DNA of 17,785 nucleotides from contig JBFFSH010000051.1 of NCBI GenBank assembly GCA_041572575.1, positions 1 through 17,785 of the forward strand, written 5' to 3'. Below the pieces are notes generated by a model, which saw only the letters and a list, made by a program, of their open reading frames with translations, was not told the origin of the DNA and did not search any database. The number at the start of each line of letters is the position of its first letter. Within the stretch, counting starts at the first letter, position 1. The position numbers and the translations under genes were made by a program. Source of the stretch: Thermodesulfobacteriota bacterium. Its GTDB lineage: Bacteria > Desulfobacterota_D > UBA1144 > Nemesobacterales > N074bin48. Below are positions 1 to 8,442 of this stretch, one piece after another.

Positions 1-285
1 AAAAATATTTATGAAAAATATGGAGTATTCAATACAAAGTATAAAATAGGCGCCGATTACGCATTGATGTTGAAATTATTAATGAAACACAGGATCAGTT
101 CAAAGCATATTCCACAAGTGCTGGTTAAAATGAGGGTTGGAGGCAGCAGTAACAAGAGTTTATTAAATATACTTAAAGCAAATATCGAATGTTATAGGGC
201 CTGGAAGGAGCATGATTTAGAAATTTCACCGTTTTTTATATTAAGAAAACCATTTAACAAGCTTACTCAGTATTATGTTAATTAA
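1..285 (+). CDS. Family 2 glycosyltransferase (WcaE-like), C-terminal part, truncated by the window edge
   Basis: Frame +1 is open from base 1: KNIYEKYGVFNTKYKIGADYALMLKLL...LVKMRVGGSSN. The YG.F...Y.I.ADY and MR.GG.S motifs are typical of WcaE-like GT2 C-termini. The start at 64 in the ORF track is internal. Confidence 0.85.
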   Translation, partial: KNIYEKYGVFNTKYKIGADYALMLKLLMKHRISSKHIPQVLVKMRVGGSSNKSLLNILKANIECYRAWKEHDLEISPFFILRKPFNKLTQYYVN

Positions 286-352
286 ATTGTTTATTGGTTT
301 AATAGAATTTATTTATAGTTCACGCCTAAGCAAATAGTATACATTTTATTAT

Positions 353-1393
353 ATGACTAAGCATACAGTATTATTGACAGGCGGTGCTGGGTTTATAGGC
401 AGCAATTTTATAATAAATGTATTAAAGAGGTTTAATTCTCTCAACATTATAAACCTTGATAAGCTTACATATGCAGGAAATTTAAATAACCTTAAAGAAG
501 TAAGTAAAAATAAAAGGTATAGATTCGAAAAGGGAGATATTTGTAACAGACTATTTGTTGATAAATTATTTAAAAAATACGCCTTTGATGTTGTTGTAAA
601 CTTTGCAGCGGAATCTCATGTTGATAGAAGCATCCTTAAACCTGGCAGTTTTGTAAAAACCAATATAGTAGGACCGCAAATACTACTTGATGCCATTAAA
701 GCAAATCCAGTCAAAAAGTTTATACAAATATCTACAGATGAGGTATATGGTGAAAAAAGGAAAGGTAAATCTAAAGAGTTTGATATATTAAATCCGAACA
801 ATCCATATTCTGCCAGCAAGGCTTGTGCTGATCTCCTTTGTAGATCATATACTAAAACCTTCGGGTTGCCGGTAATAATTGTGCGTCTTTCAAATAATTA
901 TGGTCCCTATCAATTTCCGGAAAAATTAGTGCCGCTTATGATATTAAATGCAATAAATTATAAACATCTTCCGGTATACGGAAGCGGCAAAAATATCAGA
1001 GACTGGATGTATGTAGAAGATAGCTGTAATGCAATTATAAAGATTATAAAACAAGGAGAGCCTGGGGAGGTCTATAATATAGGGGCTAGTAATTTACAAA
1101 GTAATATTAAGTTTGTTCAAAAAATATGCAGGTTAGTATCTAAAAAAATCAAAATTAGTAGTGAAGAGATTTTGTCTCGTATAGAATATATAGCAGACAG
1201 ACCTGCGCATGATGCAAGATATTGCCTTGATACTTCAAAAATATATAATGAGACCGGATGGACCCCTAAAACAGATCTGGATCGTGGTCTTGAAAAAACT
1301 GTTAACTGGTATTTGAATAATAAAACCTGGGTTACTAATGTAATGAATAAGGATTATCTTAAATATTATAAATTGAATTATACTAATAGATAA
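353..1393 (+). CDS. rfbB: dTDP-glucose 4,6-dehydratase
   Basis: [29 protein letters not shown], catalytic STDEVYG and YSASK, SNNYGPYQFPEKL, DRPAHD.RY. Confidence 0.95.
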   Translation: MTKHTVLLTGGAGFIGSNFIINVLKRFNSLNIINLDKLTYAGNLNNLKEVSKNKRYRFEKGDICNRLFVDKLFKKYAFDVVVNFAAESHVDRSILKPGSFVKTNIVGPQILLDAIKANPVKKFIQISTDEVYGEKRKGKSKEFDILNPNNPYSASKACADLLCRSYTKTFGLPVIIVRLSNNYGPYQFPEKLVPLMILNAINYKHLPVYGSGKNIRDWMYVEDSCNAIIKIIKQGEPGEVYNIGASNLQSNIKFVQKICRLVSKKIKISSEEILSRIEYIADRPAHDARYCLDTSKIYNETGWTPKTDLDRGLEKTVNWYLNNKTWVTNVMNKDYLKYYKLNYTNR

Positions 1394-1407
1394 TAAGTTT
1401 TATAATT

Positions 1408-2094
1408 ATGGGAAATATTACACTTAATACTATGGATAACAATAATATCTATATATCGGATAAAGATGAACCCAGAGAGTATTCTTTGAAAAGAATCATA
1501 GATTTCTTATTAGCACTCGGTGGGTTAGTGGCGTCATTTCCTTTAACTATTATAGTCTCTATATTAGTTTATCTCGAAGATAGAGGGCCTGTATTTTATT
1601 CTCAAAAAAGAGTTGGAAAAGGTGGAATATTGTTTAATACATATAAATTTAGAACAATGATAGAAGACTCAGACAGACTTTTCGGGCCATTACAGGCAAA
1701 AGAAAATGATCCCAGGATAACTAAGGTCGGGAAGTTGCTTCGTTTTACAGCACTAGATGAATTGCCTCAACTATGGTCAATACTTAAAGGTGATATGAGT
1801 TTTGTGGGACCCAGGGCGCTTTTGCCGGCCGAGAAAGAAACCGGTGATGATAAGAATAATGAAATGGTTCCGGCGAACAATATAAAAGGTTATGAAAAAA
1901 GAATACTTGTTAAACCGGGTCTTACGGGAATAGCCCAGATATTTGCACCAAGAGATATTAATAGAAGAAATAAATTCAGATATGACAGTATATATATTGA
2001 CAATATGGGATTACTATTTGATCTTAAACTTATTTGTATTTCATTTTATATAACATTCAAAGGAGCATGGGAAAAAAGGGAAAGTAAAATATAG
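1408..2094 (+). CDS. Sugar transferase / small monotopic phosphoglycosyl transferase (PglC- or WcaJ-C-terminal-like)
   Basis: KRIID followed by a single hydrophobic helix, GPVFYSQKRVG, YKFRTM, DPRITKVG, LDELPQL (D-E dyad), GDMSFVGPR, KPGLTGIAQI. Confidence 0.92.
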   Translation: MGNITLNTMDNNNIYISDKDEPREYSLKRIIDFLLALGGLVASFPLTIIVSILVYLEDRGPVFYSQKRVGKGGILFNTYKFRTMIEDSDRLFGPLQAKENDPRITKVGKLLRFTALDELPQLWSILKGDMSFVGPRALLPAEKETGDDKNNEMVPANNIKGYEKRILVKPGLTGIAQIFAPRDINRRNKFRYDSIYIDNMGLLFDLKLICISFYITFKGAWEKRESKI

Positions 2095-2183
2095 ATGTCA
2101 TAAAAGCGTAACAATTTTGAATTATTCAATTTCTCAGGTTTATTTCAACTCAGTTAAATAATTAAATTCTTCGGATATCAACA

Positions 2184-3125
2184 ATGAAAAAAAGAATATT
2201 AGTTACCGGAGGAGCCGGATTTATTGGTTCTCACTTATGTGAGAAGCTACTCAGTGAAGGTAATGAGGTAGTATGCGTGGATAACTTTTTTACTGGTACA
2301 AAAGATAACATTAAGAGATTTTTATCCAATCCATACTTTGAATATATAAGGCACGATATTACATTTCCGCTCTTTATAGAAGTAGATGAGATTTATAACC
2401 TTGCTTGTCCTGCTTCACCAATTCATTATCAGTTTGATCCAGTTCAGACTACTAAGGTTAATGTGCTTGGGTCTATAAATATGCTCGGTCTTGCAAAACG
2501 ATTGAAAGTTAAAATTTTACAGGCATCGACAAGTGAAATATATGGAAATCCTTTAGAGCATCCCCAGACTGAAAGTTATTGGGGAAATGTTAATAGCATT
2601 GGACCTAGAGCATGTTACGATGAAGGTAAAAGATGTGCAGAAACCTTATTTTTTGATTACTACAGACAGCACAGCTTGGATATTAAAGTAGTAAGAATAT
2701 TCAACACATATGGTCCCAGGATGCACCCAAATGACGGCCGAGTTGTAAGCAACTTTATAATACAGGCCTTAAAAGGAGAAGATATAACAGTATATGGTGA
2801 AGGATCACAGACAAGGTCATTTTGTTATGTTGATGACTTAGTTGATGGAATATATAAGATGATGAATATAAACAGTGGATTTACTGGCCCTGTTAATCTG
2901 GGGAATCCTGTGGAGACTACCGTGCTTGAATTAGCAAACTTCATAATTAAACTAACAGGGTCAAAATCTAAAGTAATTTTTCATGACCTTCCTCAAGATG
3001 ACCCTGAAAAAAGAAAACCTGATATATCACTAGCTAAAGATAAACTGGATTGGGAACCCGGAGTAAAGCTGGAAGACGGACTGATAAAAACTATAGAATA
3101 TTTTAATAAGATGAAACAATTATGA
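2184..3125 (+). CDS. UDP-glucuronate decarboxylase (UDP-xylose synthase) family SDR
   Basis: [78 protein letters not shown]. Confidence 0.93.
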   Translation: MKKRILVTGGAGFIGSHLCEKLLSEGNEVVCVDNFFTGTKDNIKRFLSNPYFEYIRHDITFPLFIEVDEIYNLACPASPIHYQFDPVQTTKVNVLGSINMLGLAKRLKVKILQASTSEIYGNPLEHPQTESYWGNVNSIGPRACYDEGKRCAETLFFDYYRQHSLDIKVVRIFNTYGPRMHPNDGRVVSNFIIQALKGEDITVYGEGSQTRSFCYVDDLVDGIYKMMNINSGFTGPVNLGNPVETTVLELANFIIKLTGSKSKVIFHDLPQDDPEKRKPDISLAKDKLDWEPGVKLEDGLIKTIEYFNKMKQL

Positions 3126-4165
3126 AAAAAGCATTTATTACCGGAATTACCGGACAAGATGGGTCATACTTAGCGGAGCTTCTACTTTCAAAAGGATATG
3201 AAGTTCATGGACTAATAAGGAGAGCCAGTACTTATAATACTGCAAGAATAGACCATATTTATGTTGATCCTCATAACCCAAATGCCAAATTTTATCTCCA
3301 TTATGGTGATCTTTCTGAGACTTCTCAGTTAACAAACCTCTTATACAGCCTGAAGCCGGATGAGATATATCACCTGGGAGCCCAAAGTCATGTAAGGGTG
3401 AGTTTTGATATTCCTGAATATACCGAGGACATTACCGGTATTGGCACAGTAAGGATACTGGAGGCAATAAGAAGAGGGGATCTAAATAGTAGATTCTACC
3501 AGGCATCAAGCAGTGAAATGTATGGAAGTTCTTCTGCACCTCAAAGTGAAACCACTCCATTTCATCCTAGAAGCCCATATGCTTGTGCAAAGCTTATGTC
3601 TTTTTGGACCACTGCAAACTATAGAGAGGGATACAATCTGTTTGCATGCAATGGAATTTTATTTAATCATGAGTCTCCAAGGAGAGGGCAGAACTTTCTC
3701 ACTAGAAAGGTTACAAGGGCTATAGCAATGATTAAAGACGGTAAGCAGGACTGTCTCTATCTTGGTAATTTGGATGCATGCAGAGACTGGGGTTATGCTC
3801 CAGAGTATGTTGAGCTTATGTGGAAAATACTCCAGCATGAAAAGCCAGATGATTATGTTATAGGAACTGGGGAGACTCATAGTGTGCAAGAGTTTGTTGA
3901 AGAGGCTTTTTCGTATGTTGGTCTTGATTTTGAGAAGTATGTAAAAATCGACCCTAAATATTATAGACCTACTGAAGTGGAAAATCTCCAGGCCGATCCA
4001 ACTAAAGCAAAAACAGAATTAGACTGGGAATTGAAAATTAAGTTTAAAGATTTAATAAAAATCATGATTGACTCTGATATGAGAGCAGAGGGTCTCGACC
4101 CTGTTGGTGAGGGTGATAAATTGTTAGATAAGTATTATCCCAACAGATGGTGGAAAGTTGATTAA
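3122..4165 (+). CDS. gmd: GDP-mannose 4,6-dehydratase
   Basis: [68 protein letters not shown] overlap with the upstream stop. Confidence 0.97.
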   Translation: MKKAFITGITGQDGSYLAELLLSKGYEVHGLIRRASTYNTARIDHIYVDPHNPNAKFYLHYGDLSETSQLTNLLYSLKPDEIYHLGAQSHVRVSFDIPEYTEDITGIGTVRILEAIRRGDLNSRFYQASSSEMYGSSSAPQSETTPFHPRSPYACAKLMSFWTTANYREGYNLFACNGILFNHESPRRGQNFLTRKVTRAIAMIKDGKQDCLYLGNLDACRDWGYAPEYVELMWKILQHEKPDDYVIGTGETHSVQEFVEEAFSYVGLDFEKYVKIDPKYYRPTEVENLQADPTKAKTELDWELKIKFKDLIKIMIDSDMRAEGLDPVGEGDKLLDKYYPNRWWKVD

Positions 4166-4173
4166 GAGACAAA

Positions 4174-5121
4174 ATGCAGGATTATTTTAAAAGTAAACAA
4201 ATCTTAATCACAGGCGGAGCAGGTTTTCTTGGCTCTTTTATTATAGATCAATTAGTAGAAAAAGGCGTAGAAAGAAAAAACATTAGAGTACCAAGAAGTA
4301 AGGATTGTGACTTAAGAATATGGGAAAATTGTAAAAAAGCAATAGAGGATATAGACATTGTTATTCATCTGGCAGCCAGGGTGGGTGGTATCGGTTTTAA
4401 TATGAAATACCCTGCTAATTTATTTTATGATAATGCTATGATGGGCATACAGCTTCTAGAAGCATCAAGACTTTCAGGGGTTAAAAAATTTGTTGGTGTA
4501 GGTACAGTGTGCAGCTATCCCAAATATACACCCGTACCATTTAAAGAGGAAGATTTATGGAACGGATTTCCTGAAGAGACGAACTCTCCTTATGGTATAG
4601 CTAAAAAGATATTACTTGTGCAAGAGCAGGCATATAGAACACAGTACGGTTTTAACTCTATTTATTTAATACCGGTAAATCTTTATGGTCCAAGGGACAA
4701 TTTCGATACCGAAGATTCTCATGTGATTCCAGCACTTATACTGAAATTTACTGAAGCTATCAGAAAAAATGCTCCTTCTGTCACAGTATGGGGAACTGGT
4801 AAAGTATCTAGAGAGTTTTTATATGTAGAAGATGCAGCAAGGGCAATACTGGAAGCTACAGAAAAATATAATAAACCAGACCCAGTAAATATTGGTACAT
4901 CAGAAGAAATAATGATTGAAGACCTGGTTTATTTAGTAAAGGATTTAACCGGTTACTCTGGTGATGTAGTATGGGATTTAGAAAAACCGGACGGACAGCC
5001 AAAGAGGAAGCTTGATGTTTCAAAGGCTGAAAGAGAATTTGGTTTCAAAGCAGAGGTAAATCTGCAGCAGGGTCTTAAAAAAACTATCGAGTGGTTTAAT
5101 AAGCAGTACAATGAAAGCTAG
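4174..5121 (+). CDS. fcl: GDP-L-fucose synthase (GDP-4-keto-6-deoxymannose epimerase/reductase)
   Basis: HLAARVGGIG.N, GTVCSYPK (epimerase Cys), PYGIAKK, PVNLYGPRDNF, SHVIPALI (epimerase His), WGTG..SREFLYV, PDGQP. Directly follows gmd. Confidence 0.9.
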   Translation: MQDYFKSKQILITGGAGFLGSFIIDQLVEKGVERKNIRVPRSKDCDLRIWENCKKAIEDIDIVIHLAARVGGIGFNMKYPANLFYDNAMMGIQLLEASRLSGVKKFVGVGTVCSYPKYTPVPFKEEDLWNGFPEETNSPYGIAKKILLVQEQAYRTQYGFNSIYLIPVNLYGPRDNFDTEDSHVIPALILKFTEAIRKNAPSVTVWGTGKVSREFLYVEDAARAILEATEKYNKPDPVNIGTSEEIMIEDLVYLVKDLTGYSGDVVWDLEKPDGQPKRKLDVSKAEREFGFKAEVNLQQGLKKTIEWFNKQYNES

Positions 5122-5142
5122 GTCAGTTGTATCAGTAAGAGA

Positions 5143-6525
5143 TTACTTCTTGTTCATCAGATATAAAGTTCTATGTGATTCTAATACCGGGCTTTGCTTT
5201 ATAATAGAGAAATATTTGCTAAATGCCGCCTCAAAGCCGGACTTATGATAATCTGTAAATATATCTTCTCTTGACGACAATAAATACTGTACCTTTGAAT
5301 CTTCTTTTGGAATAAATTCTATGATTAAATAACTGCACAGTGTACTTAAATATTGTGCAATTTTCTCAAGAGGCACATTGTTAGAAATTGCCAGATGATG
5401 CACAAGAGCAAGCGCAAAAATTACATCGGCTGGGCCTCTGTCCTTAATTGATCTTCTTTCCGTATTTCCCCATCCTATGCCAGGGCTTGGATTACACAGA
5501 TTAAGCTCCAAAGGCAGAAGATTTTTCTCGTCGTTTTCAATTATGGTTAAATAATTTTTTTCTACAGCAGAAGGGTCTATATCAAACGCTATGGTTTTAA
5601 CCCCCTTTTGTGAAGCTATCCTTGAAAACTCTCCTGTATTTGCACCCAAATCCCATACCATGCTGGCGTTCGGAACTGAATTAAAAAACTGTGTTACGAG
5701 ATCTCTTTTATTATTGAAAGCTTCATCAGTGTAGTTTGTATCATTATAATAATCTGCCCATTCTGTATTATCAGGGGCCCATTTAAGGCCATTTATTGTT
5801 GATTTCAGGTTATCTATAATCCCAATTAATCCATTTAAACTTACATGGCTTTTCTTATCCTTACCATCTCCAGATTTTTCATATTTTTTCTGAGCTTTAG
5901 AATGAAGGTGAATATGTGAAAGAAAAGAAAAGCTGAATTTTGTTTTTGTGGGTAGCAGACTGCTTGCCAGATCAAGGGGGATTCCATCAATATATGTTTT
6001 TAATAACTGGCTTAAGCGTATATCCGTATAACTCATAAGAGCCAGGGGTGCCAAAAAGTGCTGGCAAAACTGTTTATATGCTATCCATGGCTGACCTTCG
6101 GTGTATTTTTCAAAAGAGGTAGTATCTATAAATATAGGTTTACCATTTTCAAACTGAATATTATACGCAGTTGCATCCTTAAGAGACATACCATGCTCTA
6201 TAGCAATTTTTTGGATCTTAAGAGTTAGAAGGGCGGCGTCTTTTAACTGTGAAAAACTCCATTCATAAGGATAAGATATGAATGAAATTTGCTCGGGCTT
6301 TATTACTTTGTAAGCAAATTCTGAGCTTGCGGCAATGTTTAAATCCTGTTCCTCATGTTCAACAATGAGACTATCTTTAGAAAGTTTTTCATAAAGTCCT
6401 GAGCTTAGAAGTAAATCGTATTGATCCTTGTAACTATTATTAATCTGACGGTAAGTGATACTATTTTTTGTAAATATAAAAGCGCTCGGATCTCTAAATG
6501 AGCTAGGTTCGGTAAAATAATCTAT
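5143..6525 (-). CDS. NoeA-like protein: kinase-like N-terminal domain plus class I SAM-dependent methyltransferase (460 aa if started at ATA 6525)
   Basis: The track gives 5143-6189, but the frame is open to 6531 (in-frame TAA at 6534-6532) and encodes IDYFTEPSSFRDPSAFIF...YRQIN...SGLYEKL...ISYPYEWSFSQLKDAALLTL, which I recognise as the conserved N-terminus of this family. MTase motifs: VWDLGANTGEFS, AFDID, LALVHHL. The start position is inferred. Confidence 0.8.
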   Translation of the reverse strand: MDYFTEPSSFRDPSAFIFTKNSITYRQINNSYKDQYDLLLSSGLYEKLSKDSLIVEHEEQDLNIAASSEFAYKVIKPEQISFISYPYEWSFSQLKDAALLTLKIQKIAIEHGMSLKDATAYNIQFENGKPIFIDTTSFEKYTEGQPWIAYKQFCQHFLAPLALMSYTDIRLSQLLKTYIDGIPLDLASSLLPTKTKFSFSFLSHIHLHSKAQKKYEKSGDGKDKKSHVSLNGLIGIIDNLKSTINGLKWAPDNTEWADYYNDTNYTDEAFNNKRDLVTQFFNSVPNASMVWDLGANTGEFSRIASQKGVKTIAFDIDPSAVEKNYLTIIENDEKNLLPLELNLCNPSPGIGWGNTERRSIKDRGPADVIFALALVHHLAISNNVPLEKIAQYLSTLCSYLIIEFIPKEDSKVQYLLSSREDIFTDYHKSGFEAAFSKYFSIIKQSPVLESHRTLYLMNKK

Positions 6526-6761
6526 TTTTTGTTATCCTCGGTTATATTCGAATCTGAACTTTTTGAAAAAAAGCTTTTTATCTTATGCCAATAGATTTTT
6601 ACAGCCGTAAGTATACCAAGTATAGATGCTATTAAAACCTGAAGAATCATACTGCCGCTTCCGGGATCTATGTATGCAAAGGAAGTATCTGTAGAAATAA
6701 GCAAGGAAACAGCAACTAGTAATAATACACTCAATACATTGTTTTTGTAAAATCGATTCAT
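6522..6761 (-). CDS. Small membrane protein, 79 aa: signal peptide, YIDPGSGS motif, TM helix, short charged tail
   Basis: AGGAG RBS 9 nt upstream (6775-6771). Hydrophobic N-terminus ending in S-F-A, then YIDPGSGSMILQ, a second hydrophobic helix and basic KIYWHKIK. Confidence 0.85.
   Translation of the reverse strand: MNRFYKNNVLSVLLLVAVSLLISTDTSFAYIDPGSGSMILQVLIASILGILTAVKIYWHKIKSFFSKSSDSNITEDNKK
6535..6539 (-). promoter_or_regulatory. Shine-Dalgarno-like GAGGA, 9 nt upstream of the proposed ATA start
   Basis: Minus strand reads cGAGGAtaacaaaaaATAGAT. Confidence 0.55.
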
Positions 6762-7066
6762 GAGTTAATTCTCCTATTTACTATGTCTACAAAGTAATCA
6801 GGTAATCTTAACTTAATATTATAGTTATGAAAACATTAATATAGAAATATATTTCTTAATTCAGTTGTATACCCATAATATTATGGAATGAAATCTATAT
6901 AATAAATTGCCTATTTAATAAAAAAAATAATAAACTTCAAGTAATACATTAAAAATACCTAAAATCTAATATAAAGTAAGAAAATAAATATGTCTTGTAA
7001 CATACTGTAATTATGAAATAATACCGTTTTTCAGTAATAAATGATGGTTTAAGCTGAAAATATAGC

Positions 7067-7096
7067 TTGACTTTTTATTTAGCAATATATTATTAT
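7067..7096 (+). promoter_or_regulatory. Candidate sigma70-type promoter for proA
   Basis: TTGACT (7067-7072), 18 nt, TATTAT (7091-7096). The very AT-rich context lowers specificity. Confidence 0.4.
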
Positions 7097-7128
7097 CTTT
7101 AATGTAACATCTTTATATTTGATTAATT

Positions 7129-8415
7129 ATGAATCAAGTAAAAACAATCAATAATAACAAGTCATTACAAGTCATAGTTAATGAAATCTCTAAACATGCA
7201 TTGGATGCATCCAGAATTCTTTCAACTGTTTCATCAGATATTAAGAACAAAACACTAAAATCCATGGCAAATCTTCTGAGGGGTAATAGTTCGTTCTTAA
7301 TTAAAGAAAACAAAAAAGATTTGGAATATGCGGATAATAAAGGAATCTCCAAATCCATGATAGACAGGCTTGTATTAAATGAATCAAGAATCGATTCTAT
7401 GGCGCTTAGTCTTGAAGAAGTATCCGAGCTCGCTGATCCGGTTGGTGAGGTTACAAGAATGTGGACCAGGCCAAATGGACTAAGAGTTGGAAAAATGAGG
7501 ATTCCACTTGGTGTGATAGGAATTATTTATGAATCAAGACCAAATGTTACCTCAGATGCCTCGGGGTTGTGTATTAAAGCAGGAAATAGTGTAATACTAA
7601 GAGGTGGTTCTGAATCACTCAATTCTAATCTGGCTATAGGTGCAGTTCTACACAAAGCTCTAAAATCAAATGGTCTACCCGAGCATGCTGTTCAGATTAT
7701 TCCGGTTACTGACAGAGAGGCAGTAATGGAACTTCTGCGACAGGATGAATATATAGATCTTATTATTCCAAGGGGTGGAGAAGGTCTTATACGCTTTGTA
7801 TGTGACAACTCAACAATTCCTGTATTAAAGCATTACAAAGGTGTTTGTCATCTGTTTATAGATGAACATGCGCTATTTGATATGGCTTTAAGCATAGCAG
7901 TTAATTCCAAAGTACAAAGGCCAGGAGTCTGTAACTCGGCCGAGACACTTTTGGTGCATAAAAATATAGCTAATAAGTTTTTACCACTAATTTATAAAGA
8001 ATTTACTAAAAATGGAGTTGAAATAAGAGGTTGTAAACAGACCAAAACAGTATTAAAGGAGGTGACATTAGCAACAGAACAAGACTGGTACGAAGAATAT
8101 CTTGATTTAGTAATAAGTATAAAGGTCGTAGATAGTATTGATGATGCTATTTCACATATCGAAAAATATGGTTCAATGCATACAGAATCTATAGTGACGG
8201 AGAGTTATACAAACTCACAGTATTTCATGAATAGGGTTAATTCGTCCACTGTAATGACAAATGCCTCCACCAGATTTGCCGATGGATTCCAGCTTGGTCT
8301 TGGCTCAGAGATTGGAATAAGTACATCCAAGCTTCATGCTTTTGGTCCTATGGGATGTGAAGAACTCACTACTACAAAGTTTATAGTTTATGGAAATGGA
8401 CAGATAAGAAACTAA
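7129..8415 (+). CDS. proA: Gamma-glutamyl phosphate reductase (glutamate-5-semialdehyde dehydrogenase)
   Basis: PLGVIGIIYESRPNVT, ILRGGSE, IIPRGGEGLI, RPGVCNSAETLL (catalytic Cys), NASTRFADG, EIGIST.KLHA.GPMG. Confidence 0.97.
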   Translation: MNQVKTINNNKSLQVIVNEISKHALDASRILSTVSSDIKNKTLKSMANLLRGNSSFLIKENKKDLEYADNKGISKSMIDRLVLNESRIDSMALSLEEVSELADPVGEVTRMWTRPNGLRVGKMRIPLGVIGIIYESRPNVTSDASGLCIKAGNSVILRGGSESLNSNLAIGAVLHKALKSNGLPEHAVQIIPVTDREAVMELLRQDEYIDLIIPRGGEGLIRFVCDNSTIPVLKHYKGVCHLFIDEHALFDMALSIAVNSKVQRPGVCNSAETLLVHKNIANKFLPLIYKEFTKNGVEIRGCKQTKTVLKEVTLATEQDWYEEYLDLVISIKVVDSIDDAISHIEKYGSMHTESIVTESYTNSQYFMNRVNSSTVMTNASTRFADGFQLGLGSEIGISTSKLHAFGPMGCEELTTTKFIVYGNGQIRN

Positions 8416-8442
8416 GATTTTAATTTTCACAGGAGGATGATG

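Noticed and set aside
5143..6525. NoeA similarity taken as evidence of nodulation
   Set aside because: No nodABC or other symbiosis genes are present; the context is surface-glycan synthesis.
6560..6572. U7 run in the 79-aa ORF as an alternative -1 frameshift site
   Set aside because: The -1 frame meets a stop no later than TAA 6534-6532, so a slip here cannot reach the kinase/MTase.
6995..7016. TGTAA direct repeat at 10-bp spacing, possibly an OmpR/Pho-type box or recombinase site
   Set aside because: Only 5-bp units in very AT-rich DNA, no match to a dif consensus, and no integrase nearby.
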